From an uncultured Planctomycetales bacterium (GTDB taxonomy: Bacteria; Omnitrophota; Gorgyraeia; Gygaellales; Profunditerraquicolaceae), in NCBI GenBank assembly GCA_964579435.1, contig CAZOGI010000012.1, positions 5,781 to 69,780 of the forward strand: a DNA stretch of 64,000 nt. Direction: 5' to 3'. How positions within the stretch are numbered: the first letter of the stretch is position 1; every line of letters starts with the position of its first letter. A program made the translations under genes and the position numbers. This document shows positions 56,785-64,000 of the stretch, in pieces. Below the pieces are notes generated by a model. That model was not told the origin of the DNA and ran no database searches. It was given only the letters and a program-made list of their open reading frames with translations.

Positions 56785-57252
56785 ATGGCGACGATGATTC
56801 AGGGTGTGTTGGCTGCCAAGGGCAGGAAATTCGCGGTGGTTGCATCGCGGTTCAACGATTTTGTGACCAAGGAACTGGTGTCCGGCTGTCTGGATATGCT
56901 GCTGCGCCATGGGGCTGCGGAAAAAGACATCACCCTGGTTTGGGTGCCGGGGGCCTTCGAGATCCCGCTTCTGGCCAAACGCCTGGCGCAGGCCGGCAAG
57001 AACGATGCGGTCATCTGCCTGGGGACGGTCATCCGCGGAGCGACGCCGCATTTCGATTATATCGCTTCCGAAGTCTCCAAGGGTATCGCCGCGGTTTCTC
57101 TGGAGACAGGAGTCCCGGTCGTCTTCGGCGTCATTACCGCCGATACGATCGAGCAGGCGATCGAGCGTGGGGGAACGAAAGACGGCAACAAAGGCGCGGA
57201 TGCGGCGCTGACCGCCATCGAAATGGCGGATCTGGTCCCGCAGGTAAAATAA
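56785..57252 (+). CDS. ribH: 6,7-dimethyl-8-ribityllumazine synthase
   Basis: The 155-aa protein has FAVVASRFN and GAFEIP motifs. Confidence 0.9.
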   Translation: MATMIQGVLAAKGRKFAVVASRFNDFVTKELVSGCLDMLLRHGAAEKDITLVWVPGAFEIPLLAKRLAQAGKNDAVICLGTVIRGATPHFDYIASEVSKGIAAVSLETGVPVVFGVITADTIEQAIERGGTKDGNKGADAALTAIEMADLVPQVK

Positions 57253-57263
57253 AGGAGACAGCG

Positions 57264-57677
57264 ATGCGTAAACGCAGTCTCGCGCGCGAATTCGCCGTCC
57301 AGGTGCTCTACCAGCTGGATATCGCGCCGGAAGATTGCCAGAGGGCGCTCAACGCCTTCTGGATGAGCCAGGAGACCGCCCCGAGCCAGGAGGTCAAGAC
57401 CTTTACCGGCGAGCTCGTTGCCGGGACGCTCGCCAGGCGCGAGGAGATAGACGAGCGGCTGCGCAGCTACTCGAACAACTGGCGGCTGGAGCGTATGGCT
57501 TTCGTCGACCGCAATATTTTGCGCCTGGGCTGTTATGAGCTGCTCTTCCGGGGGGATATCCCGCCGAAGGTGACGATCAACGAGGCGGTAGACCTGGCCA
57601 AGAAATACTCCGGCCCCGAAGCCGGGAAGTTCGTCAACGGCATCCTCGACAAGATCAACCAAGAGAAAAGCGCATGA
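57264..57677 (+). CDS. nusB: transcription antitermination factor NusB
   Basis: REFAVQVLYQLD motif; downstream of ribH as in many bacteria. Confidence 0.85.
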   Translation: MRKRSLAREFAVQVLYQLDIAPEDCQRALNAFWMSQETAPSQEVKTFTGELVAGTLARREEIDERLRSYSNNWRLERMAFVDRNILRLGCYELLFRGDIPPKVTINEAVDLAKKYSGPEAGKFVNGILDKINQEKSA

Positions 57678-58510
57678 AGAGCGCCGATCTGCATGTCCAT
57701 ACCCTTTTTTCCGACGGATCGCTCTCTCCCGAAGCGCTGGTGACCGAGGCGGCACGCGCCGGGCTTGACTGTATCTCGGTGGTCGACCATGACACCGTCG
57801 ACGGGGTAGCTGCTTCCTGCCGGGCGGGGGAACGTGCCGGAGTCGAGGTGCTCCCCGGGATCGAGCTGACCGCGGAGCACGAAGGGTGCGAGGTGCATAT
57901 CCTGGGTTACCTCTTTGACCCTGGGCATCCGGCGCTGCGGCGGCAACTCGTCGTGCTCAAGGAGCTGCGCCGGGAGCGCGTCCTGAAAATGGTCGAGCGC
58001 CTGCGCGAGCGTATGGCGGTGAGCGTCTCCGCGGACCGGGTCTTTGCCCTCGCCGGAAACGGGACAGTGGGCAGGCTGCACCTTGCCTGGGCGCTGCAGG
58101 AAGAGGGGGTTGTTTCTTCGCTGCAGGAGGCATTCCAGAAATATATCGGTGACCGCTCTCCGGGGTATGTCTGCGGCTTCCGGTTCTCGCCCGCCGAGGC
58201 CGTCGCGTTGATCAGGGAAGCCGGCGGCATCCCTGTTCTGGCGCATCCGTTCGTGATCGGAAGCGACGAACTTATCATTTCCTTCATCGAGAGCGGAATC
58301 CGCGGCATCGAGGTCCATTATCCGGAGCATTCGCAGGGCGCGGTGAATCATTTCCTGGCGCTTGCCCAAGAGCACGATCTTCTGGTGACGGGTGGTTCGG
58401 ATTATCACGGCAAGGCCAAGCCCGATGTCAAGCTCGGCGCCGTGCGGCTTCCCTACGAGTGCGTCGAGCGTCTTAAAGAAGCCGCGGCAGAAGGTCAAAC
58501 GAAAGGGTGA
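57674..58510 (+). CDS. PHP-domain phosphoesterase (TrpH/YciV-like)
   Basis: DLHVHTLFSDGS N-terminus (PHP motif I). Confidence 0.7.
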   Translation: MKSADLHVHTLFSDGSLSPEALVTEAARAGLDCISVVDHDTVDGVAASCRAGERAGVEVLPGIELTAEHEGCEVHILGYLFDPGHPALRRQLVVLKELRRERVLKMVERLRERMAVSVSADRVFALAGNGTVGRLHLAWALQEEGVVSSLQEAFQKYIGDRSPGYVCGFRFSPAEAVALIREAGGIPVLAHPFVIGSDELIISFIESGIRGIEVHYPEHSQGAVNHFLALAQEHDLLVTGGSDYHGKAKPDVKLGAVRLPYECVERLKEAAAEGQTKG

Positions 58511-59646
58511 TGCCTGTGGCGGTCCGATACGCATACCGGCAGGAGTTTATGGACCTGGCGCTGCGCCTGGCACGGCGCGGACGCCGCAGCTGCAGTCCTA
58601 ATCCGATGGTCGGCGCCGTCGTGGTGCGGGGGGAGAGGATCGTCGGCAAAGGGTATCACCGGCGAGCCGGCGAGAACCACGCCGAGGTTAATGCCCTCGA
58701 TCAGGCAGGGGATAAAGCCCGGGGTGCGGCGCTCTATGTGACGCTTGAGCCCTGCGCCCATTACGGCAGGACCCCGCCCTGCACCGGCCGGATCATCAAA
58801 AGCGGCATCAGCCGGGTTTTTGTCGCGATGCTCGATCCCAATCCCGTCAACAATGGCCGCGGGGTGGCCCAGCTGCGCCAACACGGGATCGGCGTAAGCG
58901 TCGGCCACCGCGAACAGGAGGCGCTTACCCTTAACGAGGTCTTCATCAAATATATCACCCGCCGGCTTCCCTTCGTGACCGTCAAGGTCGGCCAGTCACT
59001 CGACGGCAGGATCGCGACCGTTTCGGGCAGTTCCCAATGGATCACCGGCGAGGAATCCCGCCGGTATGCGCACCGGCTGCGCGGCGATTTCGATGCCATC
59101 ATGGTCGGCGTCAACACCGTCCTGCGGGATAATCCGAAGCTGGACGCCTGGTTTTCCCGGCGTCAGCCGGTCAAGGTGATCGTGGACAGTCGCCTGAGCA
59201 CGCCGACGGACGCCACCCTTTTTGCCGGGGGCGCGCGGGTGGTCATCGCCACGCTGCCCGAACAGCCCGGACAGGAGACGCAGAACCGCGCTGCCTTGGC
59301 GCGGACGACGCAGATACTGGAGGTAAAGGAGCTCTCGGGCCAGGTAAACCTGCGGGATCTGCTTAAGAAACTGGCGCGCCTGGAGATCTCCAGTGTCCTG
59401 GTCGAGGGCGGAGGTAACCTGATCGGATCGCTCTTCGACGAAGGCCTCGTCGACCGGGTTCTTTTCTTCATCAATCCCCGTATCATCGGCGGCAAAGACG
59501 CTATCGGCTCGGTTATGGGCAAGGGGGTTTCGCGCGTGGACGCAGCCTGGTGTTTGCGTCAGGTGCGCCTGAAACGGATCGGGGAGGATTTTCTGGTCGA
59601 AGGAAGGGTGGCGGATCGATGTTCTCCGGGATCGTCGAAGAGCTAG
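58507..59646 (+). CDS. ribD: bifunctional diaminohydroxyphosphoribosylaminopyrimidine deaminase / 5-amino-6-(5-phosphoribosylamino)uracil reductase
   Basis: CMP/dCMP deaminase zinc motif HAEVNAL..PCAHYG plus a C-terminal reductase domain. Confidence 0.85.
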   Translation: MMPVAVRYAYRQEFMDLALRLARRGRRSCSPNPMVGAVVVRGERIVGKGYHRRAGENHAEVNALDQAGDKARGAALYVTLEPCAHYGRTPPCTGRIIKSGISRVFVAMLDPNPVNNGRGVAQLRQHGIGVSVGHREQEALTLNEVFIKYITRRLPFVTVKVGQSLDGRIATVSGSSQWITGEESRRYAHRLRGDFDAIMVGVNTVLRDNPKLDAWFSRRQPVKVIVDSRLSTPTDATLFAGGARVVIATLPEQPGQETQNRAALARTTQILEVKELSGQVNLRDLLKKLARLEISSVLVEGGGNLIGSLFDEGLVDRVLFFINPRIIGGKDAIGSVMGKGVSRVDAAWCLRQVRLKRIGEDFLVEGRVADRCSPGSSKS

Positions 59647-60191
59647 GCAGGGTCGTTTCTTTGGAGCGCGCCGGCGGCGGCGCGCGGCTGCACCTTGAGG
59701 CCCGCGTGGCCTGCGCAGGCACGCGGGTGGGGGACAGTATCAGCGTCAACGGTGTCTGCCTTACCGTGGTCTCCCGCAGCGATACAGCCCTTTCCTTCGA
59801 CCTGCTCGCCGAGACGCTGCGCTGCACGAATCTGGGAAGCGTGCGCCGGGGAGAGCGCGTTAACCTGGAGCGCGCGCTCCAGGTGGGGGAGCGCGTCAGC
59901 GGCCATTTTGTCACCGGGCATATCGACTGCGTCGGCACGGTCAGGCGCACCTGGATTCAGCAGGGAGGCCGCGCCTTCGAGATCGCCTGCGCTTCCCGGA
60001 TTCCCGCGCCCCTGGTCCCCAAGGGGTCGCTTGCCGTCGACGGCATCAGCCTGACGGTTGCCGCCCTCCGCGGCGCGGTGGTGACCGTCTATATCATTGC
60101 GCATACGGCCCGTGAAACGACGCTGGGATTCAAGCAGGCTTCATCCCGCGTGAACATCGAATTCGATATCCTTGCCAAACGCCCCACGTAG
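59619..60191 (+). CDS. ribE: riboflavin synthase alpha subunit
   Basis: MFSGIVEELG start with duplicated lumazine-binding halves. It overlaps the ribD 3' end in another frame. Confidence 0.85.
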   Translation: MFSGIVEELGRVVSLERAGGGARLHLEARVACAGTRVGDSISVNGVCLTVVSRSDTALSFDLLAETLRCTNLGSVRRGERVNLERALQVGERVSGHFVTGHIDCVGTVRRTWIQQGGRAFEIACASRIPAPLVPKGSLAVDGISLTVAALRGAVVTVYIIAHTARETTLGFKQASSRVNIEFDILAKRPT

Positions 60192-60215
60192 CGGTCCTCC
60201 TTCCTTTTGCGTGCG

Positions 60216-61388
60216 ATGCGCCTGAAGATAAAATGTGCGCCTGAAGATTTCGTGGTCGAGGAGCTGGCGGCGGTCAAGCCGGGGGGTGCCGGCGCCTATG
60301 GGCTCTATTGTCTGCGCAAGAGCGGCTATAATACCGCCGATGCGTTGCGTACGGTTGCCCGGGCGCTGCGGGTGCAGCCGGAGGCTTTTGCCTACGGCGG
60401 CCGCAAAGACCGGCATGCCCTGACCACCCAGTATGTCACGGTGCGCAGCAGCCAGGAGCTTTCGTATGAAAAGGGAGCGCTGAGCTTGAGGTTCCTGGGC
60501 AGGATAGAGCGCCCGATGGGGCCGGATCTCATCGAAGGGAACCGGTTCTCCATCGTTGTGCGTTCCCTGAGGCAAGAAGATGCTTTGTGGGCACGCGACG
60601 GGGCGGCGGCAATCGCCCGCGACGGGTATCTCAACTATTTCGACGACCAGCGCTTCGGCAGCTGCGATCTTTCCCAGGGTTTTGTGGCCGAGCGGTTGCT
60701 TAAGAAACAATGCAACGGCGCGCTGAGGCTGTTGCTCACGGCGGCGTATGCCGGCGATAAACAGGCGGTGCGTCTTCAGAAAGAGCATTTTCAGCGGCAC
60801 TGGGGCGATTGGGAGGCGTGCCTCAAGCGGGCGCATACGTCGTTTGAGCGCCGGATTTTTTCCTGCCTGAAAGACGACCCCCGCGCTTTCCTCAAGGCTC
60901 TTTCCCTGCTTCCCGCGCAGGAGCTGGGTCTGCATTACAGCGCCTTTCAGGCATTTATATGGAACGAGACGGCGCGGCGTTTGTGCCGGTTCAGGAAGAT
61001 GAGTTGCGACGGCGCTTATCCCGGGGTTGCGGGCCGCTACTTGTTCTACCGCCCCAACACGGCGCAGGCGGCGCAGGTCGTCCCGACCGTAGCGGCACGC
61101 CTGGAGGCGCCTTCGGAGATCGTTTCACTTATCGATGAGATCCTTGCAGAACGGGGGGTGCGCCGTCCGCTGTTCAATGCGCTGCTTCTGCGTGCGGTCC
61201 GTTTCCGTTCGGCAGGGCGCGCGTTGGCGGTAAAGCCGTCGTCGTTGAAGGTCGAGGTCTTGCCGGATGAGAAGTACGCGCTGAGGCGTTGCCTGCGCTG
61301 CTGTTTTGTTCTGCCGCGCGGCAGCTTCGGGACGATGTTCCTGAAACGCCTGTTTGCGCAGCCCCTTATTGACGAGGCAGCGTCTTAG
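60216..61388 (+). CDS. truD: tRNA pseudouridine(13) synthase TruD
   Basis: PEDFVVEE N-terminal motif and the catalytic GGRKDRHA block. Start is ATG 60216 (the track gives TTG 60207). Confidence 0.7.
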   Translation: MRLKIKCAPEDFVVEELAAVKPGGAGAYGLYCLRKSGYNTADALRTVARALRVQPEAFAYGGRKDRHALTTQYVTVRSSQELSYEKGALSLRFLGRIERPMGPDLIEGNRFSIVVRSLRQEDALWARDGAAAIARDGYLNYFDDQRFGSCDLSQGFVAERLLKKQCNGALRLLLTAAYAGDKQAVRLQKEHFQRHWGDWEACLKRAHTSFERRIFSCLKDDPRAFLKALSLLPAQELGLHYSAFQAFIWNETARRLCRFRKMSCDGAYPGVAGRYLFYRPNTAQAAQVVPTVAARLEAPSEIVSLIDEILAERGVRRPLFNALLLRAVRFRSAGRALAVKPSSLKVEVLPDEKYALRRCLRCCFVLPRGSFGTMFLKRLFAQPLIDEAAS

Positions 61389-61389
61389 T

Positions 61390-61941
61390 TTACGGCAGGA
61401 GCAGTCCGGCACGAACCTGGCGCGCCTTGTCCTTGCCCACAAGCGCCTCGACGATCGCCAAGGCAAAGAGCAGGGCGGTTCCGGGTCCGCGACTGGTTAT
61501 CATCTGGCCGTCCACAACGACCGGATCGGCCGAGTGGCGGGTTGAGGCAGAGAAGGAGCTTTCCATTCCCGGGTAGCAGGTCGCTTTTTTGCCGTCAAGC
61601 AGCCCCAGGGGTGCCAGGACAATCGCGGGGGAGGCGCAGATCGCTGCGATCAGTTTGCCTGAAGAGGCCATCTGCTGCAGGAGTTTCTGGAGCGGCGCCG
61701 AAGCGGCCAGATGGGAGGCTCCCGGCATGCCGCCGGGCAGGACAATGCAATCCGCCTCGCCGCCGTATTCTGCGAGGGTCGTCTCTGCCTGGACGACGAT
61801 GCCCCGGCTTCCCCGCACCGTGCGCTGGACCAGGCCGATAACCGAGACCGTGATGCCGCCGCGCCGCAGGACGTCTATGGCGCTGGTAGCCTCAATCTCT
61901 TCGAACCCTTCTGCCAAGATAATCGCAGCTTTTTTTTCCAT
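61390..61941 (-). CDS. DJ-1/PfpI family protein
   Basis: AICASP nucleophile-elbow motif. Start is the ATG for MEKKAAIIL (the track extends to 61992). Confidence 0.8.
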   Translation of the reverse strand: MEKKAAIILAEGFEEIEATSAIDVLRRGGITVSVIGLVQRTVRGSRGIVVQAETTLAEYGGEADCIVLPGGMPGASHLAASAPLQKLLQQMASSGKLIAAICASPAIVLAPLGLLDGKKATCYPGMESSFSASTRHSADPVVVDGQMITSRGPGTALLFALAIVEALVGKDKARQVRAGLLLP

Positions 61942-62015
61942 CGTGCGCCTCCTTCTTTCTTTATTGTATACCCGCCGCAGAGCCCTGCGCAATACCTTTT
62001 GGTTCGAAAAAGCGG

Positions 62016-62044
62016 TTGACAGTGGCGAGGGGGTAGGGTATTAT
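62016..62044 (+). promoter_or_regulatory. consensus sigma70 promoter TTGACA-N17-TATTAT, followed by the palindromic TTATT-N3-AATAA candidate Fur/PerR box at 62047..62062
   Basis: ttgaca at 62016-62021 and tattat at 62039-44. An AT-rich inverted repeat lies between the -10 and the Shine-Dalgarno. Confidence 0.45.
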
Positions 62045-62071
62045 CGGTAATTATTCCTAATAAGGAGCAGG

Positions 62072-62473
62072 GTGGTGCTTCGCAGACAGACCCGGCAACG
62101 CACGGTGATACTGGAGTTGCTCAACGCAGAGCGTGCGCACCCGCATGCGCGCCAGCTCCTGCGTTCCCTGCGCCGGCACCTGCCGCATATCAGCCTGGGG
62201 ACGGTGTATCGCAACCTCGGCCTTTTGTGCAGGCAGGGCAGTGTCCGGGCACTGGTTTTCGGCGAGGGGCCGGTCCGTTTTGACGCGGTAACGCAGGAGC
62301 ATGCCCATTTTTATTGCGAGCGCTGCGGGCATGTTTCCGATATTACATTTTCTGAGTTGAACAGCCGGTTGAAGGCACGCATAGAAAAACAGACGGGAGG
62401 CATGGTCCTGGACGTTTCTGTCGCGATACGGGGCCGCTGCGCCGCCTGCGTACGCTCGAAGGGAAAAAAGTAA
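62072..62473 (+). CDS. Fur family transcriptional regulator (Fur/PerR-like)
   Basis: Winged-helix N-terminus followed by HxH and CxxC...CxxC metal sites. It is adjacent to rubrerythrin, which suggests a PerR-like role. Confidence 0.8.
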   Translation: MVLRRQTRQRTVILELLNAERAHPHARQLLRSLRRHLPHISLGTVYRNLGLLCRQGSVRALVFGEGPVRFDAVTQEHAHFYCERCGHVSDITFSELNSRLKARIEKQTGGMVLDVSVAIRGRCAACVRSKGKK

Positions 62474-62503
62474 CCGATCCGTTACCAGCAAAAGGAGGCG
62501 TTT

Positions 62504-63082
62504 ATGGCACCGTCATTGAAAGGGACCCGGACCGAAAAGAACCTCTTGGCCGCGTTCGCCGGAGAGTCGCAGGCCCGTAACCGCTACACGTATTTCGCCA
62601 GCGCCGCGCGCAAAGAGGGATACGAGCAGATCGCCAATATTTTCGCCGAGACTGCCGAGAACGAAAAAGAGCACGCCAAGGTTTTCTTCAAGCACCTGGA
62701 GGGGGGCGAGGCCGAGATCACCGCTACGTATCCCTCCGGCGCGATCAAGGATACCCTGACGAACCTACAGGCCGCAGCGGAAGGCGAAAAGATGGAGTGG
62801 ACGGCGATCTATCAGGATTTCGCCAAAGTCGCCAAGGAGGAGGGGTTTACCGGGGCAGCGCGCTCCTTCGAGCAGGTGGCGAAAGTCGAGCGGTTCCATG
62901 AAGCCAGGTACCGTTCGCTGATCGAGCATGTCCGTAGCGGCAGCGTTTTCAAGAGGAAGGCGTCCGTGAAATGGCACTGCATCAATTGCGGCTACGTTAT
63001 TGAGGGCAGCGAAGCTCCCCGGGAGTGTCCCGCGTGCCAGCACCCGCAGGCGTTCTATGAGGTATTGGCTGAGAATTATTAA
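62504..63082 (+). CDS. rbr: rubrerythrin
   Basis: Diiron ferritin-like domain (E..H motifs) plus a C-terminal rubredoxin CxxC...CxxC. Confidence 0.9.
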   Translation: MAPSLKGTRTEKNLLAAFAGESQARNRYTYFASAARKEGYEQIANIFAETAENEKEHAKVFFKHLEGGEAEITATYPSGAIKDTLTNLQAAAEGEKMEWTAIYQDFAKVAKEEGFTGAARSFEQVAKVERFHEARYRSLIEHVRSGSVFKRKASVKWHCINCGYVIEGSEAPRECPACQHPQAFYEVLAENY

Positions 63083-63123
63083 AGCGGCCGGTAGGCGGCC
63101 GGGCGAGCACGGAGGAGACTGCG

Positions 63124-63456
63124 ATGCCGGTTATGGAGATCAGTTTCATCCCGATCGGGACCAGAAGTACTTCGGTGAGCAGTTTTATAGCCGCCTGCGA
63201 GCGGGTGTTGCTGGATACCCCCGGGATTTCTTTTCAGATCACCGCGATGGGGACGCTCGTACAGTCCGCTTCGCTGAAACGCCTTTTTGCCGTCGCAGCG
63301 GCAATGCACGAGCGGCTCGCCGCTGAGGGCGTCCGGCGGATCTTTTCGGTGATCAAGATCGACGACCGCAGGGATAAGCGGGTGACGATCCAGGGGAAGG
63401 TCGATGCGGTCCTGGCGAAGCTGCCGCGGGGCAGCGGCAGCCGCATGAGCGGGTAG
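63124..63456 (+). CDS. MTH1187/YkoF family protein (DUF77)
   Basis: IPIGTRSTSVS motif near the N-terminus. Confidence 0.65.
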   Translation: MPVMEISFIPIGTRSTSVSSFIAACERVLLDTPGISFQITAMGTLVQSASLKRLFAVAAAMHERLAAEGVRRIFSVIKIDDRRDKRVTIQGKVDAVLAKLPRGSGSRMSG

Positions 63457-63526
63457 TGAAGATTCCTGCCGGTTGTGCTATACTGTACGCACGCGGCCCG
63501 CAGCATACGCGATCAAAGGTAACGGG

Positions 63527-63829
63527 ATGTTCATACTCTCAAATTTTTTGGTAGCGACGGCAAATGTCCTGGATATTGCGCTTACTATCCTGTACTGGCT
63601 CATTTTAGTCCGGGCCCTGTTAAGCTGGGTGAACCCCGATCCGTACAACCCGATCGTCCAGTTTCTGCATAAATCGACCGAACCTTTCCTGTACCCGTTC
63701 CGGAAATTCCTGCCGTTTACCTACCGTATCGGCCTCGATCTTTCCCCGATACTGGCGTTCCTGGCGATTTATTTTCTCCGGTCATTCCTGGTCAGGACGC
63801 TGCTTGATTTGGCATTTCGCCTGCGTTGA
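63527..63829 (+). CDS. YggT family membrane protein
   Basis: WLILVRALLSW..NP motif with two TM helices. Confidence 0.7.
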   Translation: MFILSNFLVATANVLDIALTILYWLILVRALLSWVNPDPYNPIVQFLHKSTEPFLYPFRKFLPFTYRIGLDLSPILAFLAIYFLRSFLVRTLLDLAFRLR

Positions 63830-64000
63830 TGCATACGAAAACGCAAAGACGGAGCCGCCTGTTACGGGCCGGGGGGCTTTTTTGTGTCTTGGTGTTTTTG
63901 GCGGTGGTGACCGCCCGTTTCTGGCTGCCGCTGCCGGCAACGGCGCTCCTGGCGGAGGATACGATCGGCCAGGCGGACTGCATCGTCCCTTTGTGGGGAG
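63829..64000 (+). CDS. membrane-anchored protein, possibly DUF218 (YdcF/ElyC-like), 3'-truncated at window edge
   Basis: The ATG overlaps the yggT stop (TGATG). A TM helix is followed by QADCIVPLWG, which resembles the DUF218 ADAIVVLGG motif. Confidence 0.3.
   Translation, partial: MHTKTQRRSRLLRAGGLFCVLVFLAVVTARFWLPLPATALLAEDTIGQADCIVPLWG

Overview
This 64-kb window is a high-GC (~60%) chromosomal segment from a diderm (Gram-negative-type) anaerobe. Almost all real genes lie on the + strand in conserved operons. Most long minus-strand ORFs in the track are antisense artefacts of GC-rich coding DNA.

Gene content, in order:
- A 5'-truncated MetE-like gene.
- A four-subunit pyruvate:ferredoxin oxidoreductase (porGDAB), a ferritin-like gene and a small ferredoxin.
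- ppiD-like (minus strand), hisG, a 33-aa arginine/lysine-rich micro-ORF, a TPR lipoprotein and a split transketolase.
- A Firmicute-like block: ispE, spoVG (with a Cys4 insertion), tRNA-Gln, glmU, prs, ctc, pth.
- rpsF-ssb-rpsR-rplI-dnaB.
- An outer-membrane/LPS block: bamA, skp, lpxD, lpxC-fabZ fusion, lpxA, lpxI.
- A stand-alone CBM48 gene and a radical SAM gene.
- A tRNA-Arg locus that carries a low-GC ~1.7-kb insert flanked by recombined tRNA halves. The insert encodes a secreted, internally duplicated protein.
- A sodium:solute symporter with its small subunit and an AlgE-like porin.
- An aromatic 2-oxoacid cluster: iorAB followed by two paaK/ACT pairs and an amidohydrolase.
- Small lipoprotein and zinc-ribbon genes.
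- tRNA-Lys followed by two tandem 157-bp repeats, each ending in the tRNA 3'-terminal 17-mer, then archease-rtcB.
- serS, followed by a glycan-modification-like set (membrane protein, SGNH hydrolase, two glycosyltransferase-like genes) that is split by a repeat-rich tRNA-Ser locus.
- doxX, then rpe-rpiB-tal-pgi-pgm.
- An FMN riboswitch whose expression platform holds tandem hairpin repeats, ahead of ribBA-ribH-nusB-PHP-ribD-ribE.
- truD, a DJ-1 gene (minus strand), fur/perR, rubrerythrin, an MTH1187-like gene, yggT and a 3'-truncated DUF218-like gene.

Several operons carry textbook TTGACA-N16/17-TATAAT promoters. I found no CRISPR array, transposase or integrase. The most unusual loci are the tRNA-Arg insert, the tRNA-Lys tandem repeats, the repeat-rich riboswitch leader, the tRNA-Ser repeat region and the zinc-ribbon SpoVG.
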